Sequence record: NC_054922.1
DNA length: 64,000 nt
From: Escherichia phage vB_EcoM_KAW1E185
Direction: 5' to 3' (one strand)
Shown: positions 37,842 to 48,208 of the stretch, piece by piece
Layout of the letters: each line of letters opens with the position of its first letter
How positions within the stretch are numbered: position 1 is the stretch's first letter
Program-made: the position numbers and the translations under genes
The notes under the pieces: generated by a model
Told to the model about the DNA's origin: nothing
Seen by the model: the letters and a program-made list of their open reading frames with translations, nothing else
Databases searched by the model: none

Positions 37842-38651
37842 ATGCTTAAAGAACAACTGATTGCTGAAGCGCAAAAAATTGATGCTTCCGTTGCTCTTGA
37901 TAGTATTTTCGAATCAGTTAATATTTCTCCGGAAGCAAAAGAAACTTTCGGCACTGTATTCGAAGCTACCGTCAAGCAGCACGCCGTTAAATTAGCTGAA
38001 TCTCATATCGCTAAAATTGCTGAAAAAGCAGAAGAAGAAGTAGAAAAAAATAAAGAAGAAGCCGAAGAAAAAGCTGAGAAGAAAATCGCTGAGCAAGCTT
38101 CTAAATTCATCGACCATCTTGCGAAAGAATGGCTCGCTGAAAATAAATTAGCAGTTGATAAAGGCATCAAAGCCGAACTGTTTGAATCCATGCTTGGTGG
38201 ATTAAAAGAGCTCTTTGTTGAACACAACGTTGTTGTTCCAGAAGAATCAGTTGATGTTGTAGCTGAAATGGAAGAAGAGCTGCAAGAACATAAAGAAGAA
38301 TCAGCTCGTCTGTTCGAAGAACTCAATAAGCGTGACGCATATATCAATTATGTGCAGCGTGAAGTGGCATTGAGCGAAAGTACTAAAGATCTGACTGAGT
38401 CTCAAAAAGAAAAAGTCTCTGCTCTGGTCGAAGGTATGGATTATTCAGATGAATTCTCAAGTAAATTGAGTGCCATCGTAGAAATGGTGAAGAAGTCTAA
38501 TAAAGATGAAAGCACTATTACTGAGGGTATAAATACTCCTGATACTGAAGCAGCCGGACTGAATTTCGTCACTGAAGCTGTAGAAGATAAAGCTGCACCT
38601 GGTGCAGAAGATATTGTAAGTGTATATGCGAAAGTCGCATCTCGTTTCTAA
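37842..38651 (+). CDS. 22: gp22 prohead scaffold protein
   Basis: 269 aa; E/K-rich coiled coil; T4 gp22 length. Confidence 0.95.
   Translation: MLKEQLIAEAQKIDASVALDSIFESVNISPEAKETFGTVFEATVKQHAVKLAESHIAKIAEKAEEEVEKNKEEAEEKAEKKIAEQASKFIDHLAKEWLAENKLAVDKGIKAELFESMLGGLKELFVEHNVVVPEESVDVVAEMEEELQEHKEESARLFEELNKRDAYINYVQREVALSESTKDLTESQKEKVSALVEGMDYSDEFSSKLSAIVEMVKKSNKDESTITEGINTPDTEAAGLNFVTEAVEDKAAPGAEDIVSVYAKVASRF
38528..38535 (+). promoter_or_regulatory. late promoter TATAAATA for gene 23, inside the 3' end of gene 22
   Basis: Exact TATAAATA about 135 nt upstream of the gene 23 ATG. Confidence 0.65.
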
Positions 38652-38669
38652 TTTTAAAGGTTAACACAA

Positions 38670-40235
38670 ATGACTATCAAAACTAAAGCTGAACTTTTGA
38701 ACAAATGGAAACCATTACTGGAAGGTGAAGGTTTACCGGAAATTGCTAATAGCAAACAAGCGATTATCGCTAAAATCTTTGAAAACCAGGAAAAAGATTT
38801 CCAGACAGCTCCAGAGTACAAAGACGAAAAAATCGCTCAGGCGTTCGGTTCTTTCTTAACAGAAGCTGAAATCGGTGGTGACCACGGTTACAACGCTACT
38901 AACATCGCTGCTGGTCAGACTTCTGGCGCAGTAACTCAGATTGGCCCAGCTGTTATGGGTATGGTACGTCGTGCTATTCCTAACCTGATTGCTTTCGATA
39001 TTTGCGGTGTTCAGCCGATGAACAGCCCGACTGGCCAGGTATTCGCACTGCGCGCAGTATATGGTAAAGACCCAATCGCTGCCGGTGCTAAAGAAGCATT
39101 CCACCCAATGTATGGTCCAGATGCAATGTTCTCTGGTCAGGGTGCTGCTAAGAAATTCACAGCTCTGGCTGCTAGCACACAAACCACAGTAGGTGATATC
39201 TATACTCACTTCTTCCAGGACACTGGTACTGTGTATCTGCAGGCTTCTGCTCAAGTAACAATTAGTTCTACTGCAGATGATGCAGCTAAATTAGATGCTG
39301 AAATTAAGAAACAAATGGAAGCTGGTGCACTGGTAGAAATCGCTGAAGGTATGGCTACTTCTATCGCTGAACTTCAGGAAAGTTTCAACGGTTCTACCGA
39401 TAACCCATGGAATGAAATGGGCTTCCGTATCGATAAACAAGTTATCGAAGCTAAATCTCGTCAGCTGAAAGCTGCTTACTCTATCGAATTAGCACAAGAC
39501 CTCCGCGCTGTTCACGGTATGGATGCTGATGCTGAACTGTCTGGTATTCTGGCTACCGAAATCATGCTGGAAATCAACCGCGAAGTTGTTGATTGGATTA
39601 ACTACTCAGCTCAGGTTGGTAAATCTGGTATGACCCTGACTCCGGGTTCTAAAGCTGGTGTATTTGACTTCCAGGATCCGATTGATATTCGTGGTGCTCG
39701 CTGGGCGGGTGAATCCTTTAAAGCTCTGTTGTTCCAGATTGACAAAGAAGCAGTTGAAATTGCTCGTCAGACCGGTCGCGGTGAAGGTAACTTCATTATC
39801 GCTTCCCGTAACGTAGTTAACGTTCTGGCTTCAGTTGATACTGGCATTTCTTATGCTGCACAGGGTCTGGCTACCGGCTTTAACACTGATACTACCAAGT
39901 CAGTATTTGCTGGTGTTCTGGGTGGTAAATACCGTGTATATATCGACCAGTATGCTAAACAGGATTATTTCACTGTAGGTTATAAAGGTCCGAACGAAAT
40001 GGATGCTGGTATTTACTATGCTCCATATGTAGCTCTGACTCCGCTGCGTGGTTCCGATCCGAAGAACTTCCAACCAGTAATGGGATTCAAAACTCGTTAC
40101 GGTATCGGTATCAACCCATTTGCAGAATCCGCTGCTCAGGCTCCGGCTTCTCGCATCCAGAGCGGTATGCCTTCTATTCTGAATAGCCTTGGTAAAAACG
40201 CTTACTTCCGCCGTGTATATGTTAAAGGTATCTAA
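38670..40235 (+). CDS. 23: gp23 major capsid protein
   Basis: 521 aa; near-identical on sight to remembered T4 gp23 (MTIKTKAELLNKWKPLLEGEG...). Confidence 0.98.
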   Translation: MTIKTKAELLNKWKPLLEGEGLPEIANSKQAIIAKIFENQEKDFQTAPEYKDEKIAQAFGSFLTEAEIGGDHGYNATNIAAGQTSGAVTQIGPAVMGMVRRAIPNLIAFDICGVQPMNSPTGQVFALRAVYGKDPIAAGAKEAFHPMYGPDAMFSGQGAAKKFTALAASTQTTVGDIYTHFFQDTGTVYLQASAQVTISSTADDAAKLDAEIKKQMEAGALVEIAEGMATSIAELQESFNGSTDNPWNEMGFRIDKQVIEAKSRQLKAAYSIELAQDLRAVHGMDADAELSGILATEIMLEINREVVDWINYSAQVGKSGMTLTPGSKAGVFDFQDPIDIRGARWAGESFKALLFQIDKEAVEIARQTGRGEGNFIIASRNVVNVLASVDTGISYAAQGLATGFNTDTTKSVFAGVLGGKYRVYIDQYAKQDYFTVGYKGPNEMDAGIYYAPYVALTPLRGSDPKNFQPVMGFKTRYGIGINPFAESAAQAPASRIQSGMPSILNSLGKNAYFRRVYVKGI

Positions 40236-40250
40236 TCTTTGACGATTTAA

Positions 40251-40280
40251 GGGACCTTCGGGTCCCTTTAGTTGTTTTTA
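40251..40280 (+). terminator. intrinsic terminator after gene 23
   Basis: Hairpin GGGACC-TTCG-GGTCCC followed by a T-rich run. Confidence 0.7.
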
Positions 40281-40283
40281 TGG

Positions 40284-40291
40284 TATAAATA
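40284..40291 (+). promoter_or_regulatory. late promoter TATAAATA for gene 24
   Basis: Exact TATAAATA about 28 nt upstream of the gene 24 ATG. Confidence 0.6.
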
Positions 40292-40318
40292 AATCATATA
40301 AACCAAAAGGAAAGCGCA

Positions 40319-41602
40319 ATGGCTAAAATCAACGAACTTCTGCGCGAATCAACCACAACGAATAGCAACTCAATCGGTCGCCCAAATCTCGTTGCTTTGA
40401 CTCGCGCTACCACTAAATTAATATATTCTGACATTGTAGCAACGCAAAGAACTAATCAACCTGTTGCTGCTTTTTATGGTATCAAATACCTTAATCCAGA
40501 TAACGAATTTACATTTAAAACTGGTGCTACTTACGCTGGCGAAGCTGGATACGTAGACCGAGAACAAATCACAGAATTAACAGAAGAGTCTAAATTAACT
40601 CTCAATAAAGGCGATTTATTCAAATATAATAATATCGTTTATAAAGTATTAGAAGATACACCATTTGCTGATATTGAAGAAAGCGATTTAGAATTAGCTC
40701 TTCAGATTGCAATTGTTCTTTTAAAGGTTCGTTTATTTTCTGATGCTGCAGTAACAAGCAAATTTGAAAGCTCTGATAGTGAAATTGCGGATGCTAGATT
40801 CCAGATTAATAAATGGCAAACCGCAGTTAAATCTCGTAAACTTAAAACTGGCATTACGGTTGAATTAGCACAAGATTTAGAAGCAAATGGATTCGATGCT
40901 CCTAATTTCTTGGAAGATTTGCTTGCAACTGAAATGGCAGATGAAATCAATAAAGATATTCTGCAATCTTTGATTACAGTATCAAAACGCTATAAAGTTA
41001 CAGGAATTACTGATACTGGATTCATTGATTTGAGTTATGCATCTGCACCTGAAGCTGGTCGTTCATTATACCGAATGGTATGTGAAATGGTTTCGCATAT
41101 CCAAAAAGAATCAACTTATACTGCAACGTTCTGTGTTGCTTCAGCTCGTGCCGCTGCGATTCTTGCTGCATCAGGTTGGTTAAAACATAAACCAGAAGAT
41201 GACAAATATCTTTCACAAAATGCCTATGGGTTCTTAGCTAATGGTTTACCGCTTTATTGCGATACTAACAGCCCATTAGATTATGTAATCGTTGGCGTAG
41301 TAGAAAATATTGGCGAAAAAGAAATTGTTGGATCAATTTTCTATGCTCCGTATACAGAAGGTCTTGACTTAGATGACCCTGAACATGTAGGTGCATTTAA
41401 AGTTGTAGTTGATCCAGAAAGTTTGCAGCCATCTATCGGTTTATTGGTTAGATATGCTTTATCTGCAAATCCTTACACTGTAGCAAAAGATGAAAAAGAA
41501 GCAAGAATAATTGATGGTGGAGACATGGATAAAATGGCGGGTCGTTCAGATTTGTCTGTTTTATTAGGTGTTAAATTACCAAAAATTATCGTTGATGAAT
41601 AA
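40319..41602 (+). CDS. 24: gp24 capsid vertex protein
   Basis: 427 aa; paralogue of gp23; T4 gp24 length. Confidence 0.95.
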   Translation: MAKINELLRESTTTNSNSIGRPNLVALTRATTKLIYSDIVATQRTNQPVAAFYGIKYLNPDNEFTFKTGATYAGEAGYVDREQITELTEESKLTLNKGDLFKYNNIVYKVLEDTPFADIEESDLELALQIAIVLLKVRLFSDAAVTSKFESSDSEIADARFQINKWQTAVKSRKLKTGITVELAQDLEANGFDAPNFLEDLLATEMADEINKDILQSLITVSKRYKVTGITDTGFIDLSYASAPEAGRSLYRMVCEMVSHIQKESTYTATFCVASARAAAILAASGWLKHKPEDDKYLSQNAYGFLANGLPLYCDTNSPLDYVIVGVVENIGEKEIVGSIFYAPYTEGLDLDDPEHVGAFKVVVDPESLQPSIGLLVRYALSANPYTVAKDEKEARIIDGGDMDKMAGRSDLSVLLGVKLPKIIVDE

Positions 41603-41608
41603 AACAAA

Positions 41609-41633
41609 GGGACCGAAAGGTCCCTTTTTATTT
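41609..41633. terminator. bidirectional intrinsic terminator between convergent gene 24 and rnlB
   Basis: Hairpin GGGACC-GAAA-GGTCCC with A-tract before and T-tract after. Confidence 0.65.
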
Positions 41634-42636
41634 AACTTACCAGTTCAATCCAAGCCGGACGAAGTACATCTTGTACCATTTTAACTAATTCCTTTTTAAT
41701 CAAAGAAGGATTATCCGCTTGAGTTAAAGTAATACCTTCACGAGAAGTTTCTTCCAAAATATCTTGAACAGTTAGTCCCATCACCTTTCCAAAATCCTTT
41801 GGACCAATTTCGCCAATTTTAGAAATAACGTTATTTACTCGGTTCAGTGTAACGTAACAAGCTAAAATTCCAACCAATTTGTTATCAGCTTCTGACAGTT
41901 CAACTTTAGCTTTAATAGGCTTATCAGACTTTTTCTTTTCACTAAATTTAGAGTTCTTGCATTTGATGGCTACGCGATTGCCATTAGGCATCCAAGAAGG
42001 ATAACAAGGTTTCAATACATATCCTTCAGCAGTAAATACTTCGCCTTTTGCTTCAGCATTCCAAACGCATTTATTTGCATCGACTAATCCAGCATGGTCT
42101 ACTGTAAAATTATAATCTTGGACGACAGAATCTAAATCATTTGGCAATTTAATAAGCTCTTCAAATTTACCGCGACCTAAAAGTGGAGCCATTTTAAATT
42201 TAAATGTATTGCAGAATGATTCCATCATATAATCGTCGACATAAGTCACATCGCCACTTTCTGTAGTGACAATAATGTCAAATACATAAAAATCTTTATC
42301 ACCATAATCGACATTCTTCTGAATGCCAGGTCCAGCGAATTCGCCAAAGACTTGATAAGATACAACCGCTGAGGTTTCCATAATATCTTGTACTGCTTTA
42401 ATGGAATCAGCGTAATTCTTTAGAATAATTTCATACCCAAAGAAATCTTCAGCAGGAAGAATCGGTCCAGTACGTTTAGCGCAAGTTACTTTATCACGCT
42501 CAATAATCAATGAGAAATTTGTGCCGTGAATCTTTTCACGAGCTACCCATTCGCCGCCAGTCAATCCCAAGCTATAAAGTTTTTCAATAAATTTAGAGTT
42601 GTAATGATTTTCAAGACTGCTATACTTTTTAAACAT
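41632..42636 (-). CDS. rnlB: RNA ligase 2 (RnlB)
   Basis: 334 aa; adenylylation motif KIHGTN. Confidence 0.93.
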   Translation of the reverse strand: MFKKYSSLENHYNSKFIEKLYSLGLTGGEWVAREKIHGTNFSLIIERDKVTCAKRTGPILPAEDFFGYEIILKNYADSIKAVQDIMETSAVVSYQVFGEFAGPGIQKNVDYGDKDFYVFDIIVTTESGDVTYVDDYMMESFCNTFKFKMAPLLGRGKFEELIKLPNDLDSVVQDYNFTVDHAGLVDANKCVWNAEAKGEVFTAEGYVLKPCYPSWMPNGNRVAIKCKNSKFSEKKKSDKPIKAKVELSEADNKLVGILACYVTLNRVNNVISKIGEIGPKDFGKVMGLTVQDILEETSREGITLTQADNPSLIKKELVKMVQDVLRPAWIELVS

Positions 42637-42645
42637 AATTAATCC

Positions 42646-42924
42646 TCAAAATGTAATTTCTAACCAATCACCATCACGCTGATCACTATTAACTTTAAAG
42701 CTGAATCCTTCTTTTCTCAGCCAATCACCAATTTCTTCAGTAATCAATTTATCACGAGCAATACAATAATAATTAAAATGTGTTTTACCCTGTTCAGCTG
42801 CTTTATTAGCAAGTTCCGAAAAATCTTTAATAAAACACTCTAGCTTAAACTGTTTACTTTTGAATGCTTTTTCGCGTAATTGATTAGCAAAAGATTCATT
42901 TTCATAAAGATCATACTGTTCCAT
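42646..42924 (-). CDS. hypothetical protein, 92 aa (position of T4 24.2)
   Basis: ORF track; conserved position. Confidence 0.6.
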   Translation of the reverse strand: MEQYDLYENESFANQLREKAFKSKQFKLECFIKDFSELANKAAEQGKTHFNYYCIARDKLITEEIGDWLRKEGFSFKVNSDQRDGDWLEITF

Positions 42925-43126
42925 TTTTCACCTTTTTATTGATATGTCTTTTTCTATAGACAACTTTTTCTCGAGTTTCAAATTTATTCTTAGCAGTCAT
43001 AGCTCGAGCCCATAATACAGCCACTTCTTTTGCCTGTAAGTTTAATTCACGAGCAATTTCAATGAATGACTTTCCAGACTCATGAAGAGTAAACACCACA
43101 ACCTCAGTTCTCATAATCAATCTCAT
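42911..43126 (-). CDS. small helix-turn-helix DNA-binding protein, 71 aa (position of T4 24.3)
   Basis: HTH-like segment SGKSFIEIARELNLQAKEVAVLW; basic C-terminus. Confidence 0.6.
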   Translation of the reverse strand: MRLIMRTEVVVFTLHESGKSFIEIARELNLQAKEVAVLWARAMTAKNKFETREKVVYRKRHINKKVKNGTV

Positions 43127-43195
43127 GTTATCGAGTTGGTGCCATTATATACATCATTTTCTGATTGTGTTTTGTGTGCTTTCAAAATGAAGAAA

Positions 43196-43209
43196 GGGGC
43201 CGAAGCCCC
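43196..43209 (-). terminator. intrinsic terminator after hoc (minus strand)
   Basis: Hairpin GGGGC-CGAA-GCCCC followed on the minus strand by a T-rich run. Confidence 0.55.
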
Positions 43210-43215
43210 TTATGA

Positions 43216-44346
43216 TTATGGATAGGTATAGATGATACCAGTTTCTAAAGCAGTTTTATGAATGATGTATCCATTACGCGATTCTTGGACATCAACTTCT
43301 GGATAGTCTTTCATCATCTTCTGAAGAGTGTAACGATGCAGGTAGTATTTACTATCTGGATCTTCAGTTTTCCAATCTTTACCTTCTTCAGTCATTTTTT
43401 GGATTTCATCCATAACCCACCAACCGCACCAGATGTAAGCTGAGCTACGGTGTGGAAGAGGATGAACATAAGGTAATTCACCTTCTGGTTCTGGAGCAAC
43501 TTTATCAGTTACCTGAACTTGACCTTCCGCCGTAATAGTTTTGCTATCATAATCAGCAGCAGTAACAGTTGCAGTAACTTCAATAGTTTGACTTCCAATA
43601 GATGAGGTATCAACTGTATATACATTAGTTGATCCTTCTACAGGAGAAGAATCTTTCTTCCATGAATACGCAATTTGCGCTTCTTCTGGAGCATCAGTGA
43701 CATTAGCAGTAAATGTAGCCGAAGCATCTTGTTGAACGTTAATAGAAGGAGGAGTCAATGTAACCTGTGGATTCATTGTCTTCTTATTAACTGTTAATGA
43801 TACTTCATTCGAAGTAACTTCCTTTTCATTGTAATTTTCAGCAGTTACTTGAGCTACGCATTTAATTCTTTTTACTCCACTTGTAGTTGGAGTATAGTTA
43901 AATGTAGAGTTAGTTTCTCCACCAACTTGTGAATCATCTACATACCACTGATACGTAGCAGATGCTCCATCAGGTTGAGAAGCTAAGGCAGCGGTAAATT
44001 CAACAGCTGTTCCAATCACTCCAGCAGCAGGACTATCAGGAGTTACTGCCAAGGTAGTTGTCTGTGTCTTATTTTGAACTGTGATAGTTGTTGTCGCTTC
44101 AGCCGTTTCCGGGCCTCCTTCAGAAAGTGTATTTGTTGCAACTACTTTAATAGTCTTTTGACCGGCAGGTCCTTTTAGTACATAACTAAAAGTTGCTTCA
44201 GCTCCATCTTGTGGAGCATCATCTACAGTCCAAGCATAGGTAATAGTTCCGCCTCCAGTTTCACCACTGGGTGTAGCAGTAAACTGCTGAGTCTGATCTA
44301 TAACTCCAGTAGGTGTTTTAGGAGTTATATCAACTGTAAAAGCCAT
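43216..44346 (-). CDS. hoc: Hoc, highly immunogenic outer capsid protein (Ig-like domains)
   Basis: 376 aa; repeated T/V/S-rich beta-sandwich domains; recognised as T4 Hoc. Confidence 0.93.
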   Translation of the reverse strand: MAFTVDITPKTPTGVIDQTQQFTATPSGETGGGTITYAWTVDDAPQDGAEATFSYVLKGPAGQKTIKVVATNTLSEGGPETAEATTTITVQNKTQTTTLAVTPDSPAAGVIGTAVEFTAALASQPDGASATYQWYVDDSQVGGETNSTFNYTPTTSGVKRIKCVAQVTAENYNEKEVTSNEVSLTVNKKTMNPQVTLTPPSINVQQDASATFTANVTDAPEEAQIAYSWKKDSSPVEGSTNVYTVDTSSIGSQTIEVTATVTAADYDSKTITAEGQVQVTDKVAPEPEGELPYVHPLPHRSSAYIWCGWWVMDEIQKMTEEGKDWKTEDPDSKYYLHRYTLQKMMKDYPEVDVQESRNGYIIHKTALETGIIYTYP

Positions 44347-44355
44347 AAGTTATCC

Positions 44356-45036
44356 TTATTTTAATGTTACGAAAGAAGAATTGCGTGTTTCACGAATTAG
44401 AACTGATCCGTCGCGATTAATGTAATAAATTAAGCTAAATAAAGTTTGGTGTGCCGACGCATGTTCAAAACTAGTTGGGTGAGATTTCCAATCCGGAGTT
44501 TCAGCAATCCACTGATAAATCCACCAAGGAACAGTACAGAATCCTGGATTTTTTCCAATCAGCTGAAGATTCGGACTAAAGTTTTCCGGAAGAGTAAATA
44601 CAGACGGCTTTTCAGATTCAATAATCTCAGCTACAGCTTGCTCGAATTTTTCTTCAACAAAAGGAGTATCTTCAATCAAAACATCGGTATTTTCGGGAAT
44701 TTTATCCGTTTCGACTACTTCAATTTTAATGTCAGATTTAACCGGAGAATCAATCAGAAGTGCTGCCTCTGGATTGACTTCTTCATCGTCATATTTTAAT
44801 CCGTCTGCGGCATCAGCAGCATCAATTAAGTCTTTAATAGATAACCCATCAGTCTCTGGCATAGGTTCACTAGCGAGCTTCTGGAGGGCTTCTTCAATAT
44901 CATTAACGATATTATCAAAAGATTTATTCTTTTTGACCTTTATACCAAACTGTTCAGCATATTCAGCTAATTTAGCTTTAGCTTCTTTATTATCATCAAG
45001 AGCCTTCAGCTCTGCAATATAATCTTTATCTATCAT
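44356..45036 (-). CDS. inh: Inh, inhibitor of prohead protease gp21
   Basis: 226 aa; position between hoc and uvsW; acidic N-terminal half. Confidence 0.85.
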   Translation of the reverse strand: MIDKDYIAELKALDDNKEAKAKLAEYAEQFGIKVKKNKSFDNIVNDIEEALQKLASEPMPETDGLSIKDLIDAADAADGLKYDDEEVNPEAALLIDSPVKSDIKIEVVETDKIPENTDVLIEDTPFVEEKFEQAVAEIIESEKPSVFTLPENFSPNLQLIGKNPGFCTVPWWIYQWIAETPDWKSHPTSFEHASAHQTLFSLIYYINRDGSVLIRETRNSSFVTLK

Positions 45037-45049
45037 AATATTTCCTCAG

Positions 45050-45057
45050 TATAAATA
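45050..45057 (+). promoter_or_regulatory. late promoter TATAAATA for uvsW
   Basis: Exact TATAAATA about 30 nt upstream of the uvsW ATG. Confidence 0.5.
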
Positions 45058-45086
45058 TAGATATATTTATTACATGGTATTTAGAC

Positions 45087-46598
45087 ATGACTGACATTAA
45101 AGTACATTTTTATGATTTTAGTCACGTGAGAATTGATTGTGAAGAAAGTACATTTCATGAACTCCGTGATTTCTTTAGCTTTGAAGCTGATGGGTATCGT
45201 TTTAATCCGAAGTACAAATATGGCCACTGGGATGGACGAATCCGTCTTTTAGATTATAATCGTCTTCTTCCATTCGGCTTAGTCGGGCAAATTAAAAAGT
45301 TCTGTGATAACTTTGGCTATAAAGCCTGGATTGACCCACAAATTAACGAAAAAGAAGAATTATCAAGAAAAGATTTTGATGAATGGCTTTCTAAATTAGA
45401 AATCTATTCAGGAAATAAAAGAATTGAACCACACTGGTATCAAAAAGATGCAGTGTTCGAAGGATTAGTTAATCGTCGTAGAATTCTTAATCTTCCAACA
45501 TCTGCAGGTAAATCTTTAATTCAAGCTTTGCTTGCGCGATATTATTTGGAAAATTATGAAGGTAAAATTCTTATCATTGTTCCAACAACTGCTCTGACAA
45601 CTCAGATGGCTGATGACTTCGTCGACTATCGTTTATTCAGTCATGCAATGATAAAGAAAATTGGCGGCGGAGCATCAAAAGATGATAAATATAAAAATGA
45701 TGCACCAGTCGTTGTTGGTACATGGCAAACTGTAGTTAAACAACCGAAAGAATGGTTCTCACAGTTTGGAATGATGATGAATGATGAATGTCATCTTGCT
45801 ACAGGAAAAAGTATTTCATCTATCATATCAGGTTTAAATAACTGCATGTTCAAATTCGGTTTGTCTGGTTCATTACGTGATGGCAAAGCCAATATCATGC
45901 AGTATGTTGGAATGTTTGGTGAAATATTTAAGCCAGTAACGACTTCTAAATTAATGGAAGATGGACAAGTAACTGAGCTAAAAATTAATAGTATTTTTCT
46001 TCGCTATCCCGATGAGTTCACTACTAAATTAAAGGGAAAAACTTATCAAGAAGAAATAAAAATTATTACTGGGCTTAGTAAAAGAAATAAATGGATTGCT
46101 AAATTAGCTATTAAGCTTGCGCAAAAAGATGAAAACACTTTTGTCATGTTTAAACATGTATCACATGGTAAAGCTATTTTCGATTTAATTAAAAATGAAT
46201 ACGATAAAGTTTATTACGTATCAGGGGAAGTTGATACCGAAACACGCAACGTAATGAAAACCTTAGCTGAAAACGGTAAAGGAATAATTATAGTAGCTAG
46301 TTATGGTGTATTTTCTACTGGTATTTCAGTTAAAAATCTGCATCACGTTGTTTTAGCGCACGGTGTTAAATCAAAAATCATTGTATTACAAACAATAGGT
46401 CGCGTATTACGTAAGCATGGTTCTAAAACAATCGCAACGGTCTGGGACCTCATTGATGATTGTGGTGTTAAGCCAAAATCTGCTAATACGAAAAAGAAAT
46501 ACGTTCATTTGAACTATCTTTTAAAACATGGCATTGATCGTATTCAGCGCTACGCAGATGAAAAATTTAATTACGTAATGAAAACAGTTAATTTATAA
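45087..46598 (+). CDS. uvsW: UvsW RNA-DNA/DNA-DNA helicase
   Basis: 503 aa; Walker A PTSAGKS and DECH box. Confidence 0.95.
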   Translation: MTDIKVHFYDFSHVRIDCEESTFHELRDFFSFEADGYRFNPKYKYGHWDGRIRLLDYNRLLPFGLVGQIKKFCDNFGYKAWIDPQINEKEELSRKDFDEWLSKLEIYSGNKRIEPHWYQKDAVFEGLVNRRRILNLPTSAGKSLIQALLARYYLENYEGKILIIVPTTALTTQMADDFVDYRLFSHAMIKKIGGGASKDDKYKNDAPVVVGTWQTVVKQPKEWFSQFGMMMNDECHLATGKSISSIISGLNNCMFKFGLSGSLRDGKANIMQYVGMFGEIFKPVTTSKLMEDGQVTELKINSIFLRYPDEFTTKLKGKTYQEEIKIITGLSKRNKWIAKLAIKLAQKDENTFVMFKHVSHGKAIFDLIKNEYDKVYYVSGEVDTETRNVMKTLAENGKGIIIVASYGVFSTGISVKNLHHVVLAHGVKSKIIVLQTIGRVLRKHGSKTIATVWDLIDDCGVKPKSANTKKKYVHLNYLLKHGIDRIQRYADEKFNYVMKTVNL

Positions 46599-46611
46599 GG
46601 GCTTCGGCCCT

Positions 46612-46854
46612 TTGGAGAAAAAGATGTTACTAGAATTTAAACAATTTCTTTATGAAGCTTCTATTGATGAATTTATGGGTAAAATTGCCTCTTGTCAAAC
46701 ATTAGAAGGTCTAGAAGAACTTGAAGCTTATTATAAGAAAAGAGTTAAAGAAACTGAATTAAAAGATACTGATGACATCTCTGTGAGAGATGCTTTGGCA
46801 GGAAAAAGAGCTGAATTAGAAGATTCAGACGATGAAGTAGAAGAAAGCTTTTAA
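46612..46854 (+). CDS. small acidic protein in the UvsW.1 position, 80 aa
   Basis: ORF track; immediately downstream of uvsW. Confidence 0.75.
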   Translation: MEKKMLLEFKQFLYEASIDEFMGKIASCQTLEGLEELEAYYKKRVKETELKDTDDISVRDALAGKRAELEDSDDEVEESF

Positions 46855-46909
46855 ATTAAAAAAGGCCCAACCAAAAAGGAAGGGCCAAAACTATAGACTA
46901 AAGGTCACA

Positions 46910-47077
46910 CTATAGCAAAAGTTGTGTTTCATTTAATTGTTCTTCCGAACTTTCTGAAACTGGTAGTTCTTTAATGTAATTATAACAAGGCCCAGGATGT
47001 ACAGGACCTTTGTCTGTTTCAACAACCAATGCAGAATCGATTGGAGTTTTACAGACAACACAAATCTTATCTGACAT
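46910..47077 (-). CDS. small Cys-containing protein, 55 aa (position of T4 uvsY.-2)
   Basis: Hand translation MSDKICVVCKTPIDSALVVETDKGPVHPGPCYNY...; below the ORF-track cut-off. Confidence 0.5.
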   Translation of the reverse strand: MSDKICVVCKTPIDSALVVETDKGPVHPGPCYNYIKELPVSESSEEQLNETQLLL

Positions 47078-47105
47078 GATTGTCTCCTCTAAATTATATA
47101 TCTAT

Positions 47106-47330
47106 TTATATAACTCTCATATGCATATCAATGCCCATATCTTTAGAATAAAAATATTCATCAAGATATCCGGCAAATTTTCCTTTAATATAAAGTACAT
47201 CTTCACCGCATGGGTGGTCGGCCAGGATACGAATATCCTGACGCTTGAGATTATACTTTTTCATTAAGAATTGAATTTCCGTTTCAAATTCTTCTTCATA
47301 ATTAAAAGCATCATCAATGCTATATCTCAT
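47106..47330 (-). CDS. hypothetical protein, 74 aa (position of T4 uvsY.-1)
   Basis: ORF track; start overlaps the uvsY stop. Confidence 0.7.
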   Translation of the reverse strand: MRYSIDDAFNYEEEFETEIQFLMKKYNLKRQDIRILADHPCGEDVLYIKGKFAGYLDEYFYSKDMGIDMHMRVI

Positions 47331-47743
47331 TATTTTCCAGCCTCAAATGCTCGCATGTCTTGAATATGCTTAATAGCAAATCCGCGTGATTTGATAGCAT
47401 CAAGAGCTCCGCTACAGAAATCTAATAAAATCCCCCAATACTGTAACGAGGTATCAACCTTTAAAACATCCTTATCAGCTGATAGAACTGTCTTCATTTC
47501 TGATTTCTCGTAACGATCCATACTAAATTCATCACCATCTCCTCGTCCCGAGTAGTAGTCTAATTTAGCTTTAAGAGCAACTTTTTTCTGCGCGTCAATT
47601 CTAAGCATTTCCTTTTTAATACTTGAATGCTTATTGAGCCATTTACTATATAACATCACATTATTAGCTGCTTCATACTGCAATTTAGTCGAATCTATAA
47701 ACACATCTTTCTTCAATTCTTCTTGAAGATCTTCTAATTTCAT
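47330..47743 (-). CDS. uvsY: UvsY recombination mediator
   Basis: 137 aa; recognised as T4 UvsY. Confidence 0.95.
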   Translation of the reverse strand: MKLEDLQEELKKDVFIDSTKLQYEAANNVMLYSKWLNKHSSIKKEMLRIDAQKKVALKAKLDYYSGRGDGDEFSMDRYEKSEMKTVLSADKDVLKVDTSLQYWGILLDFCSGALDAIKSRGFAIKHIQDMRAFEAGK

Positions 47744-47809
47744 ATTGTTCTCTATTCAATTGTTATTGGATGGACTTAGATTCATTATACCACGTTTATA
47801 CGTGAAGCA

Positions 47810-48208
47810 TTATACTCTGTTACTGGAAGCCAGTTGTAGTTTTATCTGCTCAATATCATCAGGGTTATCGATGACCGAAAAGCGTATTTCTACTATCAGA
47901 GTATAATCATCATAAACTGGTATTACATTAACTGCTAATTTATCAATACGTGGCTCGTAGTTTCTTACTGCGCTTTCAATGTTACGCTCAACAGTATCAG
48001 CAGTAAGAGGAGTCATATTCTCAAAAAGCTGATCAGATAAATCGCATCCAAATTCTGGGTCAAATGGCCTTGACCCTTTCCTGGTTGTAATAATTCCCAA
48101 AAGGCTATTTTTAATTGACCTTAATCCAAGAGATCTGGAAACGTCTTTGTCCCAATCCATTTTCATTTCTGGGTCAATGTCAGAATAAAGCTTATTAATA
48201 TTTGCCAT
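47810..48208 (-). CDS. 25: gp25 baseplate wedge subunit
   Basis: 132 aa; recognised as T4 gp25. Confidence 0.95.
   Translation of the reverse strand: MANINKLYSDIDPEMKMDWDKDVSRSLGLRSIKNSLLGIITTRKGSRPFDPEFGCDLSDQLFENMTPLTADTVERNIESAVRNYEPRIDKLAVNVIPVYDDYTLIVEIRFSVIDNPDDIEQIKLQLASSNRV

Noticed and set aside
45037-45086. Possible homing-endonuclease insertion site between inh and uvsW
   Set aside because: Only 50 bp separate the two genes, so no endonuclease gene is present here; noted only as a difference from some T4-type genomes and not verifiable without a reference.
47010-47267. Plus-strand 85-aa ORF between uvsW.1 and uvsY
   Set aside because: It overlaps the two minus-strand genes upstream of uvsY and is low-complexity and AT-rich; no supporting signals.
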